Part shown: positions 25,201 to 34,730 of the stretch, one piece after another | How positions within the stretch are numbered: the stretch's first letter is position 1 | Layout of the letters: every line of letters begins with the position of its first letter | Assembly: GCA_965178125.1 (NCBI GenBank) | Contig: OZ237743.1 | Span: forward strand, 930,001-994,000 | From: Bilabrum cf. latius | Lineage: Eukaryota | Length of the DNA: 64,000 bases | Direction of reading: 5' to 3' | The notes under the pieces: model-generated | The model's input: the letters and a program-made list of their open reading frames with translations, nothing else | The model's database searches: none | What the model was told of the DNA's origin: nothing | Translations under genes and position numbers: made by a program

Positions 25201-26850
25201 GCTCACGTTGAAATACTCGCCCTTGAGCCACTGCCGCACTGTATGCAGGTGCTCCGGGCTACCCACGGTGGCATTGGCTGGCACCTCAGGGGAGCATGTC
25301 TTGGCTCGCACACAGGATGGGTCATCCACCACCACCATAGCGGAACGCAGATTAAGCATTTCGGAGTGTGGGTTCTGGAAAGGCCTCCCGTCTATGTCGC
25401 ACATGACCGACCCTCCGTCAGTGTACATGAATGGGTCCTGCCCCGGCAGCCGAAGGATGGCAGCCAGTGGGGCCACGTTCATGATCGTCTGCACCACAAA
25501 GCCCCGGTTCACGGTCCATGGGTAGCTCGGTTGCGTGCTCCGAAGTCGGAGTCCTGGATCGTCCGGCCGCGATTCAAGACTCAACTGGGCTACGGTACCG
25601 GGCGGGTACACCACGGTCAGCACCTGGTGCCAGCGGTTGTACACGCCCGTGGCCTCTGCGGCCTCGAAGGGGAACTGCCTCGAGCCAGGGGGGTACGGGA
25701 CGTGGTATGCTCTGGTTGGCGGCACCTCGGTCACCTATGCCTCGCGATCTTTGCCAAACCGAGTCTTGTTCGCCAAGCCTGGCCCGCTGAATATCTCGCT
25801 GCAGTTCGCCGCTGGCACGTCTTGCGGGGGCTTGTGCCACACGATGGCCTGCCTGCATGTGTCGTTGGGCGCGATGGGCTCGTCCATGGTGGTGCATGCC
25901 TTACTTGCCGTGATGCGGGGACATATTCGCATGGGGAAGCGCATGCTGGCAGACCTGTACACGATCGTGTCAAAGGCACCGAATGGCATGTCATGCCCGA
26001 GACCGTAAGGCCACTAGTTTGGGTTTGATCGCTTTGGCATGGGCGTCCACGGGAACTTCATCGAGGGTGCATTGAGGTTGGGATACCTGGAGTAGCCCCC
26101 AATGAGGCCGGCCCCACCCCCGAAATTGAGCGCGCTGCTGCCCTGCTGAAACACAAACAGCCACTCCTCCGTCGTCCACGGCTCCACAGATCGCGTCGGA
26201 GGCAGCAGCGCGCTCGTCCTAGCGACCATGCCCCGCCGGTACGGTGCCTCCTGACGGGATGCCGCTGCGGCGTACGTGCTGTGGTACGGGGCGGCCAAAG
26301 TCACGTTCCGAAGGCATTCAGGTGAGTATGCCCCTGTCTTTGCATCCACGCTGCACCCGCTCTCCGGCCCCAGCCACGTGCCTCCAGGACTCGACCGGCC
26401 CCATCGCCACCTGGACTGCGTGCCCGGCTGCTGCTGCGGCTCCCACGGCAACGGAACCATGCCGCATCCGCCTGTGTCGGCTCCATCGGGCGATGGCCGG
26501 GCAGCAGCGTCGTCTGGTGTGATGACACGAAGTTCTCGATCCGCAGGTGACTTTGTACCGATGCCCAAGGCCATGGGCCCCCTTGTTGCGAACCAGGTGG
26601 CTGCGGCGTACGAGCAGGGATGGACTGTTGATCTAGCTTTGATGTGATGCTCGCACTTGCATACATCTGCAAATATATTTTGCATGCTATTGACATTGTT
26701 GCGTTTGTGCTCACCATTGCAGACACCGACAGTTGCCCCTTGAAGCAACAGCGTCTGTGGGCCACTCTTTCGCATGGCTTCATGGACGTTCACAGCTGTA
26801 GTACAGCACCACAGGAGGGTAATGAGTAGTAGAATTATAGAGCACGCCAT
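22294..26850 (-). CDS. Orphan ~1,480-aa surface/membrane protein (copy 3)
   Basis: Same structure, intron 26714..26601. Extra TAG at 26014-26016 where copies 1/2 have TAC. Most divergent 5' third. Confidence 0.8.
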
Positions 26851-27185
26851 ATTGTGAACCTTTAGAGTGAAGAGACTTGGGGGGCACTAGGGAAACGAGG
26901 CTGACTAGATGAGCTGTAGTCTAGTCTCTGCAAATTATTTCAGCTGCCTCCTGGCCGTTTGATTCCAATTACAGCCTAGATCAAACGATATTGAATCCAA
27001 GATGTGCCATAAAGTCGGGGACCTTATTTGCCCCCAAGCGAAGTGCTCGGTCGCTGGATGATGAGGGTTGGCGAGAACAGGCGAGTCGTGGTCGCAAGCT
27101 CCACCCCATTGGCCTGGGGGCGCTCACACATGCATTTGTGGAAAGACATCATGAGAAACAAAGCCATAAATCGTTGCCTAAGTGC

Positions 27186-27530
27186 TCACATGATCCACGC
27201 GCCCAGACTCAGCGCCACGCTCCCAACCATACCTACCACAGACACCATCACTGCAAGGTCCCAACCGGGGCTGAGGTACCCCAAGGAACATACACCGATT
27301 ACCATAGCGCCTCGGAATAGAGTCATATCCACGAACAGAGCCTCAGGAGAGGCTGCAGGAGCAGTGGTTGGGTGCAGGGGTGTTGACGCATCAAGGCGTG
27401 CCCAAGCGGTGAGACGTGGCTCCGAATAGGGCGGCATGTAGGGCCTAGAGCTGCAGGGAAGCGAACGGTAGTGACAGGTTGAGAGCAGTGCGTGACTACC
27501 GCTGCGCTTTTGCTCATCACTTCCAGGCAT
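27186..27530 (-). other. Short ORF or gene remnant whose last codons (VSVVGMVGSVALSLGAWIM) match the C-terminus of the tandem genes
   Basis: Shares 27195..27247 with the array, then diverges but stays hydrophobic. Coding status uncertain. Confidence 0.25.
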
Positions 27531-27718
27531 GGAGGCAGCTTAACACAGCACATGGGATGATGGGTGGATGTGAGCAACCACCGCCACTCTGTGTAGTAGT
27601 AGTAAACGCCAGAGACATCTGGATGTTGCTTGTGGCCACTCGTCACATGCTTCCGCGAGTTGCAGAACGCCAGGAATCCAACAAAATTGCCACTGGTGAC
27701 AGAAAGCGTTACATTTTC

Positions 27719-30700
27719 ATGCCAAAGAAAGGTAAAAAGCATGGATCGCAAAATAAGCCTCAATAGTAGCCAGCGAAACCTGGCACAGGAGCCCAGCAGG
27801 CTCCCAGTTCGGACAGCAAACCGGAGCGCAAGCGAAGGGCACGTGGGCATCGACAAAAGGGAGCAGGAACTGTTGTAAGTAGCAAAGGAGATGTTTCGGC
27901 CGGTGGGCTTACGATAAAGGATTGGCAGCGTACTCCCATGTAGCTCTTGCATGAGTACTGCCAATCGTAGAAACGGCCGCGGCCAAAGTATGGCCAACTG
28001 CGCTCGACGGATGGCAAGCAGCGATTTCGCGTGATATTGCAAGATCCAAAGAAGCCCGGCACAGATAAAGATCTGATTTTTTTGCCGCGAGCCAGCTTTG
28101 AGGACTCTACAGAGGCGAAACACTCGATTGCGTTGCTAGCGCTGTCACGCATGCAACCGGGCCTACCTCTGGAGAGGAAGCTGCCAGAACCGTATCGTAC
28201 ACACTGGCTCGATGTCGAAAAGGCACGCACATCAGGAGTGGCCGCAGGGGGTGCTAGTGGGGCCAGAGCTGGGCGGCCTGGCGCCGGCTCAAACAGCGGT
28301 CATCGAGGTACGGCTGCTGCGTCCGGCTCCAGGAGTTCTGGCTCATCATCGGCCGTTGCACCCAGCGGCAGAGCTCCCTCTACTTCTGGAGTGCGTCTGG
28401 TTGCAATTTCAAGCTCTTCTGGCGCAGGCTATGCATCGCACCCAGCGCGAGGATCGGCTGCAGGAGCAGCAGCAGCGGCAGCAGGTGGTGCGAGCTCCAA
28501 GCCTCTGGAGCTGGCCACCACCCACTTGTCCCGGGCTGACCAGCAGAGAGCCCGCAGGGAAAAAGACGAGCGCAGGGCTCGCATGAAGAACGCAAGAGAT
28601 GCGCGCAAGGCCCTGGACCCCAACCGCCCAGCCGCAGTCCGCATGTCTGAGTCTGTGCGAACGTACGTCGAGGATGTTCTCCGGCGGCAAGGGATCGATC
28701 TGGCGGCGATGGCCAGCGCCGGGGCCTCGGCAAGCGGAGGCAGCAGCGGCGGGGTAGGTCGGTCTGGAGGGTCGAGCTCCTCTGCTGCGTCGGCATCAGA
28801 GGGGGAGGATGTGGGGGCTAGGGCGAGGACTAGGTTGCTGGGTCTCGGCTTCAGCCCTGCCTTCGTCGCGCTCGCACTGGCGGACCCAGCCGTGGCAGAT
28901 GCGACTCGGGAGGACACGGCAGTGGCCGCAGCGATGGACTGGCTGACGATGCGCGTGCCCGAGGACATGTTGCCCCAGGCATTCAGCGCGAGGGGCAAGC
29001 AGTTCGAGGCGAGGCTACACGGGTGGGCTGCCAGCGCCAGCGACCCAGAGGCGGCCGAAGAGCTGGCGTCGCAGCTAGAGCTGGCAGGGGCCCGCCCCCA
29101 TGATGCGCAGGCTGCGGCTCTGTCCTCCCGCGGAGAGTTGGGGGCGGCGCTTATCCGAGTGACTGGCGCCGTGAAGTAGGCCTGGGCTTCGGACGATGCC
29201 CCTGGGGCTGTGTCTCGCGGTGCGATTGAATCAGCTAGGGCACTAGCTCGGGAGGATGCAGAGAGGATCGGTGAGGAGTACGACGCCGCAGAAGGGCTCA
29301 CTAGCGCGGTGGCCGCGACTCAGGAACCCGATGGGCTCATCGTGCCGCTGACCGAGGAGCAGGGTGCTGGAGTATCTGGAGCTCTGGGCACAGTAGAAGC
29401 AGGTTCATGCGGCGGCGATGACGATGCGCCATTGGCCCCTTTGGCCTGCTTAGTTGAAGGGATGGAGCAAGAAATGGAGGGCCTGTGCGCTATTTATGGG
29501 GATGCAGTGCGAGTCACCGACAGCGTGGAGCAGCTTGCTCGTCCCTGCGCTGGGACCGGCGGTGGAGCTGGTCTCAGAGCACTTTGGAGGCATCTTGAGG
29601 TTCAATTCCCGGCCGGTGAGGCTGCCATCGACCCAAGCGCTATATAGTCTGTTGCAGCAGTTCCTTCATCCTCCAGTAAACCGGCTGCAGACAAGACCGA
29701 AGGGGCTGGAAGGGCTGCAGCACGGCGAGCCGAGAGAAGGCAGAAGCGGAAGGACAGAAAATCGAAGGGAAGGGGCGATTCAGGCGGTGCGGCGGCTGTC
29801 GGGTCATCATAGGCTGCATCGACCGCCGGTGCGCGCACTGCTGCCACGCAAGCTCCGCCATGCGTGTTGCGCCTGTCGCTGCTTCTGGACGTAAAAGGGG
29901 GTGGGGCGGCCCGCCGGCTGGCTCCTTACCCTTTCTCTCCTGTCCTCGCCCGCATCCAGCATCCCACTCTGGCGGCCTCCCAGCGGCTTGCTGTGGCGGC
30001 TGCGGTCGCGGACTGGTCTGCTGGACTCGCCGCGCGCAACCGAGCGTCCCTCCTGGCGACATGCAAAGAAGGAGGCGCGCCGTCTTCCCACATGCCGGAC
30101 TTTGAAATGGCGCTGTTGGACGCGTGTTCTCTTGTGAGCACAGGACGCCTGCTGCCCGTGGTGGCCACTCCACCTGCCCGACTGGCGTCGCCAATGCTCA
30201 CCGGATTGGCTTCCGTAGCCGCACCCGGATCTGGAGCAGAGGGCGATGGCGGCCCCAGCGGCGGCGCTGGGACCAGTCCAGCAGCGGCTCCCGCGATTAG
30301 CAGCAGCGAGCGAAGAAAGAGGCATCGTTCGTCCGGAGGGCCTGGTGGAGGCGGCCGCAGTCGTGTGAGTGCCTCTCGTCTGGCGCAGATGGATCGGCTG
30401 GGGGAGCACATGCAGCGAGACCAAGCCTCCAAGGATCGTGGAGACGCAAAGTACGCCCGCATGCAGCGCGTGCGGCGGGCCCTCCCCGCCGCCGCCTTCG
30501 AGGAGAAGATCGTGTCAACCGTGGCTGCCAACCAGGTCACTCTTCTCGCAGGTGCCACGGGCAGCGGAAAGACCACGCAGCTGCCGCAGTTCATCCTTGA
30601 CAGCGAGGTGAAGGCCGGGCGCGGTGGGAGGACGCGGATCGTGTGCACGCAGCCGAGACGCATCGCAGCGATCGGGGTGGCGCGGCGCGTGGCCGAGGAG

Positions 30701-33178
30701 CGAGCCGAGGACCTGGCGCCGTCGGGTTGGAAGGCTGGCAAGCGGCACGCGGCGGTTGGTTACCAGGTGCGCGGGGACAGGCGCGCAGACGAGGACACCA
30801 ACCTCGTGTTCTGCACCACCGGAGTGCTGCTGAGGAAGCTGCAGCGGGGGCTGGACCCTTCCATCACGCACGTGTTGGTGGACGAGGTGCACGAGAGGAG
30901 CGTGGAGACCGACTTCCTGCTGGCCATCCTGCGGCAGCTGCTACCCTCCCGCCCCTCTCTGCGCGTGGTGCTAATGAGTGCCACAATGGAGGCAGACCGG
31001 TTCGCTGCATATCTGGGCCCACGAGCCGTGCTAGGAGGGTCCCGGAAAGCGCCACTGAAATGTCCGGTGCTCGAAGTGCCTGGGTTCGTGCACCCCGTCA
31101 AGGAGGTGTACCTGGATGAAGTAGTCAAAGAGGCAGGCATCACCGTGAGGAGGGAGCACAAGCCTAGGGACGAGGCAGGAGCAGTCGTCGCAGATGGCAG
31201 CAGCGATGGCATGGTGTCTGCTGATGCATGGTTCCGCACCATCGGGTAGCTGGACGCCGGAGTCGTGGCTGCAGCAGTTAAGATGCTGGCCAGCGGCAGG
31301 GGCCCCCGGCCCCCACCTCCGTCCTCGGACCGGAAGCACCCGCCCAAGATGGACGGCCCGGGAGCTGTGCTCGTGTTCCTGCCGGGCGTCGCTGAGATCC
31401 GCGCGGTGGAGCGCCAGCTCAGTTCTGACCACTCGCTGCACGTGCTGCCTTTGCACGGTCAGCTCTCGGGAGAGGACCAGTCCAGGGTCTTCCGGTCGGC
31501 TCCTGGAGGCAAGACCAAGGTGGTGCTATCCACCAACGTGGCCGAGACCTCGATCACCATCCCAGACATCACGGCCGTGGTAGACGCGGGCAGGGTCAAG
31601 GAGACCGCCTACGACCCGAGGAACCGCATGACGAGGCTCGCTGAGAGGTGGACATCGCTGGCTTCGCAGGACCAGAGGAGGGGCAGGGCGGGCCGCGTGA
31701 GGCCGGGCATTTGCGTACGGCTCTACCCCAAGTCGATGCGGGCGAAGATTGACCCCCAGCCCACGCCAGAGATCAGGCGATGTGCCGTAGGCGGGCTCTG
31801 CCTGCAGATCATGCTGCTGGGCCTGGGCGACCCGGTTGGGTTCCTGCAGCAGTGCGTGGACCCGCCTTCCAGTGCAGTCATTCAGCAAAGCATGTCGCTG
31901 CTGAGGGACATGGGCGCCGTGCAGGACGTGGAACCCGCAGCAGCCTCCAGCTCGAAAGGGAGCACGGAACCGGAGCTCACCCCGCTGGGCAGGCACGTCG
32001 CCAGGCTGCCGTTGGACCCGCAGCTGGCCAAGTCGCTCGTGATGGGTTGCGTGCTCCGCTGCGCAGGACCCGTCCTGACGGTGGCGGCAGCCCTCGCGGG
32101 GCGCCCCGTCTTCCGCCCGCCGCCGCACAGAGGCATGGATGGAGCGGCCGAGCGGCGCGCTGCCATCGATGCTGCTCGCAAGTCCGTGGCAGCTGCGGGG
32201 TCGGATCACCTGACCCTCGTACAGGTGTATCGGAGGTGGAGTGCCTGCAGAGGCTGGGGCGAGAAGAGGGCGCTGTGTGAGGAGCTGCACCTGTCCATGG
32301 ACGCCCTGCAGACGCTGGACGACACGCGAGGTGACTTTGCGGCCACTCTGGCAGACCTGGGTTTCCTGCGGCGGACGGATCGCGGTGCGAGGCGGGAGCA
32401 TGGGAGGTTTGGGGAAGACGCGCCTGCTCTGAACGAGAACTCTGACGACCCTGACGTGGTGAGCGCGGCGCTCTGCGCGGGTCTCTACCCAAACGTGGCC
32501 AAGGTGGTGTACCCGGATCGCAAGTATCACAAGCTGCCCGACGGGTCGGCTGTTCCCGAGCCGTACTCGCCCAAGGACGCCCGGTACTACACCCGCTTTG
32601 ACAAGCTCGCAGCCGAGGAAAGCGCGGCGAGTACCAGTAGGAGCAGCAGCGGGTATTCAGGAGGTGGTGGTGCTGCCGCTGCCTCGGGGACGGGCAGGAG
32701 CCCCGGTCATGCCCCAACCGAGGGCCCGGGCCGCGTGATCACGTACGGAGGGGTCGCCCAGGAGCGTGTGTTCCCTCACCCCGCGAGCGTGCTCTTCAGC
32801 CAGGGCGAACTTCCCTCCCCCTGGGTGGTGTACTTCGAGAAAGCGGCCACGAGCAAGATATTCCTGCGAGATGCCACGGTGGTGCGGCCCTACGCGCTGC
32901 TCATGTTCGGGGGGGGCGTGGGTGTCATGCACCAGGAGGGCCTGCTGACCGTGGGGGGAGACACCTGGGCCAAGTTCGATGCGGCCCCCAGGGTAGGAGT
33001 CCTCGTCAGGGGGCTTCGGCGGGCGCTGGATGACGTGCTTCTGCGGCTGTTTGATGCCCCCGGCATGCTGGCGACGGGGTCTGAGAGCCCGTCTGGGCCA
33101 GGTGCTGCGCCTCCTGTGCAGGGTCCCGAGGCAGTGGTCCGGGCGATCGTGCTGTTGCTTCGTGGGGGTGGGTACTAA
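27719..33178 (+). CDS. DEAH-box RNA helicase, DHX57/DHX29-like, 1,819 aa, intronless
   Basis: Single frame from ATG 27719 to TAA 33178 with 8 TAGs (27764, 27767, 27941, 27968, 29177, 29645, 29810, 31247). Motifs GATGSGKTTQ, CTQPRRIAA, DEVHER, SAT, STNVAETSITIPD, QRRGRAGRV, followed by HA2/OB regions. N-terminal LLHEYCQ, UBA-like AMDWL and RWD-like EMEGLCAIYGD segments. Confidence 0.92.
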
Positions 33179-33464
33179 CATATTCAGGTCGCATATGAGG
33201 TGGATCTTGGCGTGCATGACAACTGCCAAGGAGCTCGTCCTCGACGAGTCAAGAGTTGAGCGGATCGGATCAGATCCTATTAGTGATCAGTTCGTCCAGG
33301 AAACACGCCATGCAAATTCACACATATTGAAGACACAAATGGCAATATTACAACAATAAGTTCCAATGGGGCTGTGGTAAGGCACGTAGAACATTTTAAA
33401 TGTTATCTTATTGGACTTCAGCGCATGCTCGATCCGGCACCACGAGATTTTGATTCTACATGGC

Positions 33465-34595
33465 ATGTATCGCAGCGGATCCTCTCATTTGAACGAAATT
33501 AGCCCTTTCGAAGGATCCATGCTCGCTCTAGAGCGTGAATGTGCCACGCTCGACGTCAGCGCCGTGACTATGCGTTTGCAGTAGCTCCGCATCGACTCAT
33601 CGGCAGACAGCGATCGAATGGAAAAGAGGTTGAGCGCCGCTTTAGTACACATGTACTGCTAGACCTACCCTACAGAAGCATATCCGGGAGTTGCAAGGCT
33701 CCTGGAGACACTTTATGATTTCGGGGTGAAACCACGGGTGAAAGGCTGTGACGCTATTGGGATCGTGATGCGATAGGCCATCTTGAGTTCACAGTACTCG
33801 GAAGATATACTTAGAGCTACATTAAACCGCCTGGGGAAAGCGGCAGCGAACGCGAGGGTGGCTCGCTGCGATGCGGACGTGAACAGGCTGCCGCTGTCGC
33901 CTGCCCTGTCTTAGCACTGCATGGAGTTCGCAGTAGCTGTCCCAAGGATCCCAAGATCAACTATAAAGCTGCTCATCGATGCAGGGTCTGCTTCTATAGG
34001 GACTTCAGCCACGAAGATCGCCGAAGATCTTGGAAGAGACGACCTCGTGCAGGAGCTGAGCGGGGCCATCCTGACGCAAGCTACGGTGGACTCGTTCAGG
34101 AGGCGCTATCACAACATGCAAAGGTACTCTCCCAGCCATTCAAACGCATCGAGTTCCGCACCCGCACATTCACTTGGAACTCCTCCGGGCAGACACCTGT
34201 AGGTCCGGTCAGGGGCTGCAGCCGGCAAGCACGACACCCGAGCACCTAGTCCGGCAGGGCGCTGCCCAGCAGCTCAAGCATATATGGCAGATGCAGAGCA
34301 TAGTGCAGCCTATGGAGTCGCCCTGAGTTCGAGGATTGCAATGCAGCACGGGCGCGGCGGCGGCATTGGCACCATGCCACGGTCACCTGCACCTGCTGGC
34401 GGCTTCACCTACCACACCCCGTACCAATCCCCCGAGGGACCGCTGGACTCGAGTATAATGCCTGGACTCCGAGGGGGTGTGGGGGGCGCTGCCCTGGCTG
34501 GGACACCTCAATCATTGCAGGATATCTCCTCACCGGTGTCGCCACCACCTGAGGAGGACGATCGTGGGCATGCCGGCGAGGGCCCAGTGGCTTGA
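33465..34595 (+). CDS. Hypothetical 376-aa protein, possibly with a degenerate ankyrin-like repeat
   Basis: ATG 33465 to TGA 34595 is one frame broken only by 5 TAGs. IKLLIDAG...ATKIAEDLGRDDLVQEL is ankyrin-like. Low-complexity C-terminus. Confidence 0.6.
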
Positions 34596-34730
34596 GGAGG
34601 GCCATCTTGGGTCGTGCGAGTTCGATTTGAGGAGGACTACAACGGGCGAGCTGCTCGTACCGCGGTTGAAGTGAACGGCGCATGCGAATCAATTGCATTT
34701 GTCTACAAGTGATTCGTCTAGCTGCTGCCT

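Larger units (their letters stand above)
12497..27247. repeat. Direct tandem array of three ~4,903-bp units plus a terminal 53-bp partial repeat
   Basis: Equivalent ORFs recur at +4,903 (13031/17934/22837; 14579/19482/24385). Units are highly similar but each carries distinct substitutions. The last unit has small indels in its spacer. Confidence 0.97.

Noticed and set aside
12497-27247. 4.9-kb repeat as a transposon, endogenous virus/virophage or assembly artefact
   Set aside because: No transposase, RT, integrase or capsid motifs, TIRs or LTRs were recognised. Each copy has its own largely codon-aware substitutions, though read-level confirmation is still desirable.
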